Shown: positions 45,595-55,562, counted from the first letter of the stretch. The stretch is DNA of 64,000 nt from Patescibacteria group bacterium (GCA_016861205.1 BOKX01000001.1:328539-392538), one strand, 5' to 3'. Numbers and translations: made by a program. Notes: generated from the letters alone by a model not told the origin.

Positions 45595-47179
45595 CCAACT
45601 TGAGCAAATACACGTCACACACATGATCACATCCTTCGGATACTGGTACAAAAATAAAAGTTGATTTGTACCGTTCGTAATCACGGATTACTTGCTGCGC
45701 ATGGGTAATATAGGCATTACTAATATACAGCTCTTTGCCTTCGGCAACCCACGCTGCATAACCCTGAATTAAATCTGAATACATTATGTCATCACCCCAG
45801 ATGTATTCTCCCTTCTGCAAAAACTCTTGAGCTGTAGATAGTGGTACCACCCGATAGGCACCCACTTGATACGCATCAACTAAGAAAGGTGGTAAAGCTG
45901 TAATCAGTATGGCAGTAGGTTTATTCGTGAAAACCTGATTGAAGTGCTGAATGGATTCAAACTGCCAGGCTCGTGAGCGGTGCAACACGTTGGCGGCTAA
46001 GATTTCTTTAGCCAATCCAACTTGGCTGTTCAGCTGCCCCAATCCAACCACCATTAACCCAATTATTAGGACAACCATTATCTTTCTATGAGATTTTTGT
46101 AGCAGTTGATCGAAAAACCAAGTCACAACTAGACACAATATCGGAATACTGTAGATGATATATCTGGCATCCACCACATAAAAAACTAAGGCTATCGGCC
46201 AGAGTGCCAACCAAACTGCTGCCATCCCCCGCCACGCACCGCGAAGTTTATCGCTCACCAGGAGGCCGTACCCAAAACCTCCCATGGCTAAAACGAAGAA
46301 CAATCCCGAGCTGAACGGATATCGCTGCCACAAGAATTGATTAGCTCCGCCCAAAACTATTGCAAGATATGCGAGACTGTTACCAGGAATATGAGCTAAG
46401 TTGTAAAACTGCCCGCCATGGAGTAACTGGTCAAAAGCCACCTTAAAAAATGCCCCCACCGGCACTTTGGCCACCAGGAAGTAAGTCCAAAAAAGGACCA
46501 CCATGGCGATCATGACACTCACAAAAGCTACCCGAATCCGCTGGGTTTGGGTAAACCAAATGCGCACCATCAGCCACGTTGCTAGGACTCCCACCAAGCT
46601 GATAGCTGCAAACCTGGTCAATAATAATCCGCCGATACCTATGGCTGTCAAAACCAGCTGCTTCAAGCTTGGCTTAGGCACCACCAAACCATAAAGTGAC
46701 AACAAGAAGAGGGGAACAGCTATATTTTCTGACATCGGGAGGGTCGGCAGCCACCAGATGAAAGCATGACTAGCTAAACACACAACCACCAAACTCGGTG
46801 CCCACCAGTGTTTGGTGGTCACCCGTGCAATCAGCCACATCAGCCCAAAGCTGGTCAAGCCTAACATGGTGTTGACTATCACAAACGAACTAGGTGACTT
46901 ATTGATCAGATAGCCCAAGCTCAAAACTACCGCATATAAAGGCGGCACCCAGAGTCGGACAGTCTCACCTAAATACTCGAGCTGTAATCCCCTGCCCATG
47001 ACTGCATTGCGGGCAGACAACGTATACAGCAACCCATCTGGATATGGTTCTAGATTGAATAAAAAATGATGTGTCGAAACTATGCTAAGAAGTGAAACTA
47101 CCAAAAAACTGATTAGAACTAGCCCGAGGACCCCATACGTTTTTAACCAGTCCAAGTTATGTCGCATGAACACTCTCAT
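45569..47179 (-). CDS. Second polytopic membrane protein, probably also a GT-C fold glycosyltransferase
   Basis: 536 aa, >10 TM. N-terminal loop EPYPDGLLYTLSARNAVMG and VPPLYAVVLSLGYL resemble the GT-C DE/PPL loop motifs. Its 3' end overlaps the convergent UXS gene by 26 nt. Confidence 0.45.
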   Translation of the reverse strand: MRVFMRHNLDWLKTYGVLGLVLISFLVVSLLSIVSTHHFLFNLEPYPDGLLYTLSARNAVMGRGLQLEYLGETVRLWVPPLYAVVLSLGYLINKSPSSFVIVNTMLGLTSFGLMWLIARVTTKHWWAPSLVVVCLASHAFIWWLPTLPMSENIAVPLFLLSLYGLVVPKPSLKQLVLTAIGIGGLLLTRFAAISLVGVLATWLMVRIWFTQTQRIRVAFVSVMIAMVVLFWTYFLVAKVPVGAFFKVAFDQLLHGGQFYNLAHIPGNSLAYLAIVLGGANQFLWQRYPFSSGLFFVLAMGGFGYGLLVSDKLRGAWRGMAAVWLALWPIALVFYVVDARYIIYSIPILCLVVTWFFDQLLQKSHRKIMVVLIIGLMVVGLGQLNSQVGLAKEILAANVLHRSRAWQFESIQHFNQVFTNKPTAILITALPPFLVDAYQVGAYRVVPLSTAQEFLQKGEYIWGDDIMYSDLIQGYAAWVAEGKELYISNAYITHAQQVIRDYERYKSTFIFVPVSEGCDHVCDVYLLKLATESAMPR

Positions 47180-48449
47180 CGGTTAGATGTCGATAGTACC
47201 ACCAAGCAACGACAACCGTACCCAAAAATAAGATACCGCGAGTAACGAGCCTCGTCCAGACGGTGGCTTCAAGCCCATAGATCGGCAAAAACCAGAAATT
47301 TCCCCCAATAGTGAGTGCCAACTGCAGTAAGCCCGAAACTGAAAAATACCATGGGGCTTCAAAACTAAAGAAAACCGCAATAAATGGAATCACAGCAATT
47401 GTTAAAAATGCAGCCCCCAAAAGCCCAACTAAGAGTGGTAAGCCCGGCAAATACTCGGCACCGATGGTCAAAATAATTAGCCACTTGGCACTCACCGCCG
47501 TGACCACAAATCCCAGACAACTAGCTACCACCACAGCCCAAGCTTTCTTGAAGTAGCTTCGTAAATGAGCTTTGCTGTGATACTTTGCCACTCGGGCATT
47601 CAGTACATTTCCCAGTGAGTAGGCAATCAAAGTAAACAGCATTGCAATTCTGGAGGCACCGCTTAACAAGCCTGCTTCATATGTTGAAAGGTAACCTTGA
47701 ACAAATAATACATCCAAATTTTCAACCAAGCCGGCTGCAATAAACGCCACCGCAGAGTGACTGGCCATGCTTCTGATCAGCTGACGTTCAGCCTTAAACT
47801 CACCCTGTACTGAAAACGTTACCCAAACAGGCAAAAACCGTCGCCAAATGAGTACTGGCAGTAAGGGCGCTACCAAATACCAAACAAGGAAACCACTCGT
47901 CGTAGTCAACGACGTGATTGTCAATACCACGATGCCAATCAGTTTGGCAGTTGCTTGCATTACATTAATCACCACTAGCTTAGAAAAAAGGTGGAGAGAC
48001 TGTAACATAGCCTGCAGATGCTCATAGAGTACCGCGCAGCTACTGAGTATAAATGCCAACAACACGATCGTCGGCGAATCGAAGTTTAACCAACTGCTGA
48101 TAAATCGGTGTGCGAATAACCCTACCACAGCTACCACTAGAATCGCGCCAAACTTTAATCGAGTTGTATACGAAAATAACCGGTTAATACCCACCCGATC
48201 ATTACTCCGAGCACCATATTTTTGAACGGCATTACTCAAACCAAGATCAGTCACCCGATTTAAAATCAAAGCCAGAGAAAATCCAATACTGAACTCACCA
48301 AATTTTTCGGGACCCAAAATTCGAGAGACCAAAATCATCGCTAGAGCTGAGATACTCATGGAAACGGTATTCCCAATTAGCACACCCGCGCTTTGTCGCA
48401 ACCCTTTTGATTGGCTCAAGGTTGCCAGACGACGTAACGGTGAATTCAT
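47157..48449 (-). CDS. wzx: MOP-superfamily polysaccharide flippase (Wzx-like)
   Basis: 430 aa, ~12 TM; the N-terminal region (GNTVSMSISALAMILVSRILGPEKFGEFSIGFSLALIL) is typical of the Polysacc_synt family. Confidence 0.7.
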   Translation of the reverse strand: MNSPLRRLATLSQSKGLRQSAGVLIGNTVSMSISALAMILVSRILGPEKFGEFSIGFSLALILNRVTDLGLSNAVQKYGARSNDRVGINRLFSYTTRLKFGAILVVAVVGLFAHRFISSWLNFDSPTIVLLAFILSSCAVLYEHLQAMLQSLHLFSKLVVINVMQATAKLIGIVVLTITSLTTTSGFLVWYLVAPLLPVLIWRRFLPVWVTFSVQGEFKAERQLIRSMASHSAVAFIAAGLVENLDVLFVQGYLSTYEAGLLSGASRIAMLFTLIAYSLGNVLNARVAKYHSKAHLRSYFKKAWAVVVASCLGFVVTAVSAKWLIILTIGAEYLPGLPLLVGLLGAAFLTIAVIPFIAVFFSFEAPWYFSVSGLLQLALTIGGNFWFLPIYGLEATVWTRLVTRGILFLGTVVVAWWYYRHLTDESVHAT

Positions 48450-48571
48450 ACCCTTAGTATAGCAACAACTTTGCTACCAAACAGGTCAAGATATCAACGA
48501 GCTACCCATCAATCCGTTCACGCTCCTTATTGCCCACCACATTCTGTGTTAGTATTGGTGCAGAAAGATCT

Positions 48572-49396
48572 ATGTCGTTCGAAGTTGTTATCAAAGCCAG
48601 ACCTCAGTGGCGATTATTTGATTGGCGCGAGCTGTGGCGTTTTCGCGAGCTACTCTATATCTTTGGTTGGCGGGATATAAAAGTTCGGTACAAACAGACA
48701 GCAATTGGTATTTTGTGGGTTGTGCTTCAACCTGTGGTTAACACGGTTATTTTCACCATTTTTTTTGGTAACTTTGCTCATATCCCCTCAGGCCCGCTGC
48801 CATATCCCATTTTTGTACTCTTGGGTTTGTTGTTTTGGGGGTTTTTTTCTGCTGCTTTGAGCCGGGAAGCCAATAGTTTTATTGAAAATGAACAACTTGT
48901 TAAAAAAGTCTACTTCCCCCGTGAGATCCTACCAATCTCGGCCATCGGAGCTGTTTTGGTGGACTTTTTAGTAACGCTCGGCCTCTTCATACTCATGTTG
49001 CTTATCTATAAAGTGCCTGTTCCATGGCTCTTTATTCCTTACTTTATTGTCGGGATTTTGATCACTATCACCACTTGTATCGGCCTGGGCTTGCTTTTGG
49101 CAGCCATAAACATAAAGTATCGCGATGTTCGCTATGTTATCCCTTTTTTCTTGCAAACGTTGATTTTTGTGACACCGGTGATTTACCCAACGAGCTTAGT
49201 CCGCCCATCATTTCAGTTGTTACTTAGCTTGAACCCCATGACAGGCGTTATCGATTCCTTGCGGTCAATACTCGGGACTAATTCCAATCCACACCCCGAA
49301 TACCTGCTTATCTCAGCATTCTCGAGTATTATCTTACTTTTAATAGGGTTCATGTACTTCAGAAGAACTGAACGTTACTTCGCTGACATCCTATGA
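48572..49396 (+). CDS. wzm: ABC-2 type glycan export permease Wzm (start set at MSFEV)
   Basis: WRELWRFRELLYIFGWRDIKVRYKQTAIGILWVVLQP is the diagnostic ABC-2 N-terminal motif; 6 TM. Confidence 0.85.
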   Translation: MSFEVVIKARPQWRLFDWRELWRFRELLYIFGWRDIKVRYKQTAIGILWVVLQPVVNTVIFTIFFGNFAHIPSGPLPYPIFVLLGLLFWGFFSAALSREANSFIENEQLVKKVYFPREILPISAIGAVLVDFLVTLGLFILMLLIYKVPVPWLFIPYFIVGILITITTCIGLGLLLAAINIKYRDVRYVIPFFLQTLIFVTPVIYPTSLVRPSFQLLLSLNPMTGVIDSLRSILGTNSNPHPEYLLISAFSSIILLLIGFMYFRRTERYFADIL

Positions 49397-50604
49397 AACC
49401 AATCATTGAAGTCTCTCATCTTAGCAAGAAGTATCGCCTTGGAGAGCGTCAGGCGTATATTACCCTGCGTGACAGTGTGAGTGCCCTCCTCAAAAACCCC
49501 TTTCAGCAATTTTCAGCCCACTTGAACCCTGATGAATTTTGGGCATTAGATGATGTTTCATTCTCAGTGAATCAAGGCGAAGTACTCGGCGTGGTTGGTC
49601 AAAATGGGGCAGGAAAAAGTACCCTGCTGAAAATTCTCAGTCAAATTACCCCGCCGACTCAAGGTCAAGTCACGTTGCGCGGACGAGTCGGTAGTTTGCT
49701 GGAAGTTGGCACCGGCTTTCATGCTGAGCTGACTGGTCGTGAAAACATCTACCTGAACGGGGCTGTATTAGGAATGAAACGACATGAAATCAAAGCCAAG
49801 TTTGATGAGATCGTCGCCTTTGCCGATGTGGAACGATTTTTAGATACCCCGCTCAAACATTTCTCAAGTGGTATGTACATGAGACTAGCTTTTGCAGTAG
49901 CTGCCCACCTTGATCCAGAGGTTCTAATTGTTGATGAAGTTTTAGCAGTCGGTGATGCCCAGTTCCAGAAAAAAGCCTTAGGTAAAATGAGTCAGGTGAC
50001 TTCCCAGGGGAGAACGGTCTTATTTGTTAGTCACAACCTGACCGCGGTCAGAAGCTTGTGCCAGAAGGCGATTTTGCTCGATAAAGGTAAACTCATCCAA
50101 CACGGCGACGTCGAACATGTGTTGAATCACTACAATGCAGATGCTAAAACTCAACTCGAAAAAAGTTGGGACTCGGCCGCTACCGCACCTGGCAATTCAG
50201 AAATTAAGCTCAAGTCAGCGCATCTTAAACCACACGGCACTGACACCATAACTGTTGCGACACAATTGACTCTGTCACTCCAGTTTTGGAACTTCATGTC
50301 AAAAGCAAAACTCAATATCAGCTTAGTGGTATCAACAGTTGACGGCCAAGTAGCTTTCAATAGCATCTCACCAACACAAGATTGCTCAGAGGGCGTGATT
50401 AGCTGCACCTGCCACATCCCTTCCAACCTCCTCAATGATGAGCATTACCGTCTCAGAATTCTCGTCGTTCACGACCGGGCTCACATTGTGGCCAGTTTTG
50501 ACGATGTTTTGACATTTGAAGTCAAAGACACCATTCGGGAAGCTGGCTGGCAGGGAAAATGGGTCGGGGTAGTGCGGCCACAGCTTGACTGGAGCTTTTC
50601 TTAG
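49393..50604 (+). CDS. wzt: ABC glycan export ATPase Wzt with a C-terminal (~150 aa) carbohydrate-binding extension
   Basis: Walker A GQNGAGKSTLLKIL, signature FSSGM, Walker B LIVDEVLAVGD. The extra C-terminal beta-rich domain fits a Wzt O-antigen-binding module. Confidence 0.85.
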   Translation: MKPIIEVSHLSKKYRLGERQAYITLRDSVSALLKNPFQQFSAHLNPDEFWALDDVSFSVNQGEVLGVVGQNGAGKSTLLKILSQITPPTQGQVTLRGRVGSLLEVGTGFHAELTGRENIYLNGAVLGMKRHEIKAKFDEIVAFADVERFLDTPLKHFSSGMYMRLAFAVAAHLDPEVLIVDEVLAVGDAQFQKKALGKMSQVTSQGRTVLFVSHNLTAVRSLCQKAILLDKGKLIQHGDVEHVLNHYNADAKTQLEKSWDSAATAPGNSEIKLKSAHLKPHGTDTITVATQLTLSLQFWNFMSKAKLNISLVVSTVDGQVAFNSISPTQDCSEGVISCTCHIPSNLLNDEHYRLRILVVHDRAHIVASFDDVLTFEVKDTIREAGWQGKWVGVVRPQLDWSFS

Positions 50605-50618
50605 ATTGTGACCGCACT

Positions 50619-51464
50619 ATGCGAACTCGATTATCTTCTTTAAAAAAACACCTACCACCAAGCTTAGTCTTAGCACTTGCTAACAGTCGCCAATACATTA
50701 CCCACCGCAGCTACCTAGGGTTCGAGAAGCGCTGTCCAATTTGCCTAGCACCGCTGCGCAAATTCATCCCCCTGAGCGCGATTGCTGACGGCATTTTTAT
50801 GCAAACACTTCAGATCCGCGGCCACCGATACACAGTTAATAATTATGAAACACTGAATGTCGAACACTTTCTTTGCCCGATCTGCGGCTCACAAGATAAA
50901 GCTCGCCTGTATGCTCTTTATTTAAAAAAGATTTTTGACAAGCTCAATCGCCAGCCACCCAAGCGTTTTCGGCTGGTGCACTTTGCCCCAGAAGGTGGAC
51001 TGCCAGAATTAATTCGCCGTTATCCTTGGATACAGTACCGGTCTGCGGATCTTGAAAGGCAAGATGTTGATGACCAAGCCGATCTGACAGCCCTACCGTA
51101 TCGTGACCAGTACTTTGATGCCTTTATCTGCTCCCATATTCTCGAACACATACCAGACGACAAACTGGCCCTTCATGAGCTGCATCGTATTCTCAAACCA
51201 GGTGGTTGGGGTATCTTAATGGTTCCGATCATGAAAAAACTACCTAGAACCTACCAAAACGCCACAATCACTGACCCAGAGGACCGCTTGCGTCACTTCG
51301 GCCAACGAGATCATGTTCGTGTCTATGCCAAACCCAGCTTTTTAGCCATGATTCGAAAGTCCGGTTTCCATTGCCAGCAAGTAACTGCCGTCGATTTTCC
51401 AGAAGTGAACTTTAATTCAATGGGCATCGACCCCAAAAGTGTGTTATACGTAGTGCATAAGTGA
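50619..51464 (+). CDS. Class I SAM-dependent methyltransferase with an N-terminal 2xCxxC zinc-ribbon; candidate glycan chain-terminating methyltransferase
   Basis: CPICLAP...CPICGSQ, then the methyltransferase fold (LVHFAPEGG...ILKPGGWGILMVP). Confidence 0.6.
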   Translation: MRTRLSSLKKHLPPSLVLALANSRQYITHRSYLGFEKRCPICLAPLRKFIPLSAIADGIFMQTLQIRGHRYTVNNYETLNVEHFLCPICGSQDKARLYALYLKKIFDKLNRQPPKRFRLVHFAPEGGLPELIRRYPWIQYRSADLERQDVDDQADLTALPYRDQYFDAFICSHILEHIPDDKLALHELHRILKPGGWGILMVPIMKKLPRTYQNATITDPEDRLRHFGQRDHVRVYAKPSFLAMIRKSGFHCQQVTAVDFPEVNFNSMGIDPKSVLYVVHK

Positions 51465-52039
51465 ACAGCATGCCATCCACACCCCAAACCAGTTTTTATT
51501 CCGAAACTGAGTTAGCGACTCTTGGATTAAAAGCGTACGGCCAAGAGGTACTAATCAGCCGGAAAGCTTCCCTTCTATCACCGAGCCAAATCAGCGTCGG
51601 TGATCATGTGCGGATTGACGACTTCGCGCTTTTATCTGGCGAAATCAGACTTGGCTCTTATGTACACCTCTCTGCTTTTGTAGCACTCTACGGCACCAAC
51701 GGCATACACTTGGAAGACTACTGTGGTATTTCTGCCCACTCAACAGTGTACAGCGTCACCGACGATTTTAGCGGCAAGTCATTGATCGGGCCGATGGTAC
51801 CATCAGCACTTAGAAATGTTTCTGGTGGGCTTGTCCATTTTCAGTCGCACACGCAGCTGGGCGCCCACAACGTAGTTATGCCGGGGGTAACGCTTCATGA
51901 AGGGGCAGTCACAGGCGCACTTTGTTTTGTAAACTCTGATTTACCTGCCTGGACAATCTCAGTCGGAATTCCCAACCGCGTCTTAAAGAAACGACAGCAA
52001 ACAGTCTTATCACTGGTTAAAAGAGACCCTCAATCATGA
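51461..52039 (+). CDS. Hexapeptide-repeat (LbH) acetyltransferase, likely aminosugar N-acetyltransferase
   Basis: ISVGDHVRIDDFALLSGEIRLGSYVHLSAFVAL hexapeptide repeats; ~190 aa, overlapping the downstream aminotransferase. Confidence 0.65.
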   Translation: MNSMPSTPQTSFYSETELATLGLKAYGQEVLISRKASLLSPSQISVGDHVRIDDFALLSGEIRLGSYVHLSAFVALYGTNGIHLEDYCGISAHSTVYSVTDDFSGKSLIGPMVPSALRNVSGGLVHFQSHTQLGAHNVVMPGVTLHEGAVTGALCFVNSDLPAWTISVGIPNRVLKKRQQTVLSLVKRDPQS

Positions 52040-53202
52040 CACAAACCATCCGGCCTTTCAAAAAACCCATCTACGTCACCAGGCCACTACTGCCTGACCT
52101 AGATGTGTTCAAACGACAGCTAGAACACGTCTGGGAGAGTCAATGGTTAACAAACAACGGCCATCAGCATCAGCTCCTGGAGCAGCGGATTGTGGAAACG
52201 TTACGAGTCCCCCATGCTTCATTATTTAATAATGGCACAATTGCACTGATTACTGCCTGCCAAGCCTTGGGACTGACAGGTGAGGTGATCACCACCCCGT
52301 TTACGTTCGCTGCCACCCCACACGTCTTAGCTTGGAATAACCTAACCCCAGTTTTTTGTGATATCGATCCAGTTACCATGAATATTGACCCGTCAAAAAT
52401 CGAGGCACTGATCACTCCCAGAACATCTGCCATCCTGGCTGTCCACGTGTTTGGTCATCCCTGTGATGTTGCGGCCATTGAAACCATAGCCCATCGCCAC
52501 AAACTGAAAGTCATCTATGACGCCGCTCACGCTTTTGGTGCAGAATTGACAGTGACTGATGAAACCTCAAAAAAGTTGCCCACCAAAAAAGGGATTGGCA
52601 CTTTTGGTGACATTACTATGTTCAGTTTCCATGCCACAAAACTCTTTCATTCTGGTGAGGGTGGCGCCTTGACCTTTAATGACCCCAACTTAAAACCGTA
52701 CATCGATTTGCTCAAAAACTTTGGCATCAAGAATGAAGATGAGGTCATCCTACCCGGTATCAATGGCAAAATGAACGAGATACAGGCCGCGTTGGGGTTG
52801 GTTGTCTTAGATGAGGTTCAGGCAGAGCGTCGTCGCCGGCAGAAAATCTTAGCTCGCTATCATCATTGGCTGACTGGTGTACCAGGTATTGAGTTCACCA
52901 AAGTACCATCGTCAGTAACGCCGAGTTATCAATACTTCGTGATCAGAATTAATAAACAGAAATTTGGTAAAAGCCGAGATGAGGTCCATAGCGAGTTTAA
53001 AAACTACAATATCATCACTCGCAAGTACTTCTATCCCCTGTGCAGTCAATATGATTGCTACCGTGATCTGCCATCAGCATCACCGGCTCAACTTCCGGTA
53101 GCAAACACCATTGGCCAACAGGTCCTGTCCATGCCCTTTTACGGTGGTCTCAGCTTGAAATCTGTCGACAAAATTTGCCAAATATTGCTCAATCTAAGAT
53201 AA
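52036..53202 (+). CDS. DegT/DnrJ/EryC1/StrS-family PLP-dependent sugar aminotransferase
   Basis: 388 aa. N-terminal PIYVTRPLLPDLDVFKRQLEHVWESQWLTNNG and the fold-type I AT length; the DAAHAFGA context holds the conserved Lys region. Confidence 0.75.
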   Translation: MTQTIRPFKKPIYVTRPLLPDLDVFKRQLEHVWESQWLTNNGHQHQLLEQRIVETLRVPHASLFNNGTIALITACQALGLTGEVITTPFTFAATPHVLAWNNLTPVFCDIDPVTMNIDPSKIEALITPRTSAILAVHVFGHPCDVAAIETIAHRHKLKVIYDAAHAFGAELTVTDETSKKLPTKKGIGTFGDITMFSFHATKLFHSGEGGALTFNDPNLKPYIDLLKNFGIKNEDEVILPGINGKMNEIQAALGLVVLDEVQAERRRRQKILARYHHWLTGVPGIEFTKVPSSVTPSYQYFVIRINKQKFGKSRDEVHSEFKNYNIITRKYFYPLCSQYDCYRDLPSASPAQLPVANTIGQQVLSMPFYGGLSLKSVDKICQILLNLR

Positions 53203-53208
53203 GAAACC

Positions 53209-54930
53209 ATGTTAAAGCCAGTTGTTAGCGTCCTGATTATCACCTATAACCAAGAGCGCTTCATTGCCCAGGCTGTTCACAGCGCACTCAATCAGCAAAC
53301 CACATTTCCGTACGAAATCGTGATTGGTGACGATGGTTCTACTGATACCACCAGGAAGATACTCACTGATCTCAGAAACCAATATCCTGACCGAATTAAA
53401 CTCATCTTTCAAACCAAAAACCTTAAACCTGTCCGAAATTTGATGAGCGTGTACAAAGCCTGTAAAGGCAAATTCATCGCCCTCCTAGAGGGTGACGACT
53501 ACTGGACTTCACCTTTAAAATTAGCTCGCCAAGTTGAGTATCTAGAAACACATCCCGATGCAGCTATTTGTTACCACAGCACCACGCTTGTTAACGAACA
53601 TGGTCAGCCAATGGTTGTACTCCCGGTACCTCGTTTCAAAAAGCCAGTCTCAACACTGACTGATCTGATCAGAAATGGTAGCTTTATGGCAACTTGTAGC
53701 ACTATGTTTCGAAACAAGCTCTTTGGAGCATTTCCCGATTGGTTTTCCGAATTAACCTATATTGCCGACCTACCACTCAATGTTTTGAATGCCCAGCATG
53801 GAAAAATTGGCTACATCGACCAAAACATGGCCGTGTATCGATCATGTTCGTCAGCGCTAGCATTTACGTCTCAGAAACTGGAGTTGGTTTATCAGGAGCA
53901 CATCACCGTTTTTCAAAAACTCCTCACCCACCTTCCCCAACAGTACACCACTATCATTCAGGACCATCTAGCCCAATTCTATTTCTGGTTGGCTGAAGTA
54001 CAGTTGCGTCAAAATCAGGCCAAAATAGCCTGGAAACAATACCGCAGTTTTCTTCAGCTGCGATCGAGCTACTCCTATATCTCGCTCAGTCGTGAGCTGC
54101 GTTTTCTCGCCAAGTTCAAACTTGTCATCTGGCTCGATCGAATCAAACGAATGATGCGAAACCAGTGGTCAGCCACAATGTATCTGCTCTCAATCAGCTG
54201 GGTGCATTCAAAAGTGAACCAAAAACTGCACTCCCAAAGAGTAATTCTCGGCAGAGTATCCTGCATCGGCCGAGCCATTGTCCAACTTCACGAAGCTGAT
54301 CACTCATATGTTCTGGTTAATCAACAAAAGGTTCGAGCAGATTTGTGGACTGACTGGCTGGGCAGCTGCCCTCGTCCCAAAGCTAACTCGGTGAGTGGCT
54401 GGATTCGACGGCCTGATGTCTATCCTCTTATTATCGAACAGGCCCAGTTGCCGTGGCTGAACCAGCGCAAACCGAGCTACATAGTTTTTGATTCATACAG
54501 CGAGCTGACTGATAAAAAGTTTACCCATCGCAATCAAGGTTGGTCGTTCGCAGCACATTATGCTGATGTTGCGCTAGATCCCGATTTTGAGACAGAGTTT
54601 ATTGGGCACGACCTACTTGATGTGCATGACCTGACAAGTGCATACGACCGCTGTTTTGCCGACCTCACCCACCGCTTTCCTGGTACCCCTATCTACTTTA
54701 TTCACGCATCCACCGCTCATGACTCTCGATCGTTGTACCGATCCAGGGCGAAGACAATTAAAAAAGCTATCACGTCTCTGCTGCCTCGGTACTCAAACTT
54801 ACACAGCATCACCGTGCCAGACTCAGCAGTTAACATGTCTGACGATGGACTTCCCTATCACTATCACCCTGAAACTCTCCGACATTATCAGCAAGCATGG
54901 CTTCGACTTGACAAAGCGCTCGAGGCATAG
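53209..54930 (+). CDS. Two-domain protein: N-terminal GT2 glycosyltransferase fused to a ~320-aa C-terminal domain of unknown function
   Basis: VSVLIITYNQERFIAQAVHSALNQ...IVIGDDGSTDTT...EGDDYW (GT2), then a long C-terminal region with no recognised motif. Confidence 0.65.
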   Translation: MLKPVVSVLIITYNQERFIAQAVHSALNQQTTFPYEIVIGDDGSTDTTRKILTDLRNQYPDRIKLIFQTKNLKPVRNLMSVYKACKGKFIALLEGDDYWTSPLKLARQVEYLETHPDAAICYHSTTLVNEHGQPMVVLPVPRFKKPVSTLTDLIRNGSFMATCSTMFRNKLFGAFPDWFSELTYIADLPLNVLNAQHGKIGYIDQNMAVYRSCSSALAFTSQKLELVYQEHITVFQKLLTHLPQQYTTIIQDHLAQFYFWLAEVQLRQNQAKIAWKQYRSFLQLRSSYSYISLSRELRFLAKFKLVIWLDRIKRMMRNQWSATMYLLSISWVHSKVNQKLHSQRVILGRVSCIGRAIVQLHEADHSYVLVNQQKVRADLWTDWLGSCPRPKANSVSGWIRRPDVYPLIIEQAQLPWLNQRKPSYIVFDSYSELTDKKFTHRNQGWSFAAHYADVALDPDFETEFIGHDLLDVHDLTSAYDRCFADLTHRFPGTPIYFIHASTAHDSRSLYRSRAKTIKKAITSLLPRYSNLHSITVPDSAVNMSDDGLPYHYHPETLRHYQQAWLRLDKALEA

Positions 54931-54947
54931 CATAACAAAGGACACGT

Positions 54948-55562
54948 ATGATTAAGGCAGTCATTTTTGATCTCGATGGGGTGCTCGTTGATGCCACAGA
55001 GTGGCACTATGACGCTCTAAATCAAGCGCTCAATTTATTTGGATACACCATTACCCGGGCTGAACACCAGACCATTTACAATGGCCTGCCGACTGCCAAA
55101 AAATTGGAAATGATGAGTGAGCGAGTTGGCTTACCGCGGGGTTTGCATCCGATCATCCAACACATGAAGCGCCAGTTTACAGACGAAAAGGTTCGGACTC
55201 AGTGCCATCCAGATTACCAAAAGCAAATCATGCTGGCTCAACTTCAACGGCACGGCTATGCACTAGCTTGCTGCAGCAATGCGCAAAAATACTCAGTTCT
55301 CAACATGCTCCAACGGGCCCAAATTGACAACTACTTCAGTTTGATACTTGGTAATGATGAAGGTCTCCCCGCCAAACCACAACCTGATGTCTACCTCCAT
55401 GCGTTTAAACAACTAGGTATTCAGCCGCAGCAAGCCTGTATCGTAGAGGATGCCCCCCATGGTGTCCAAGCGGCCAAGGCAAGCGGAGCAAAAGTTCTGG
55501 CAGTCAAAGGTTACGAAGATGTAACACTAGATCTGTGTATTTCGGCAGGATTGATTTCATGA
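54948..55562 (+). CDS. HAD-superfamily phosphatase/phosphomutase
   Basis: Motif I VIFDLDGVLVD; C-terminal EDAPHGVQAAKASGAKV (motif IV region). Confidence 0.7.
   Translation: MIKAVIFDLDGVLVDATEWHYDALNQALNLFGYTITRAEHQTIYNGLPTAKKLEMMSERVGLPRGLHPIIQHMKRQFTDEKVRTQCHPDYQKQIMLAQLQRHGYALACCSNAQKYSVLNMLQRAQIDNYFSLILGNDEGLPAKPQPDVYLHAFKQLGIQPQQACIVEDAPHGVQAAKASGAKVLAVKGYEDVTLDLCISAGLIS

Noticed and set aside
48450-48571. Divergent intergenic region at the strand switch, considered as a possible replication origin
   Set aside because: No dnaA gene and no recognisable DnaA-box cluster or AT-rich unwinding element; most simply a divergent promoter region between wzx and wzm.
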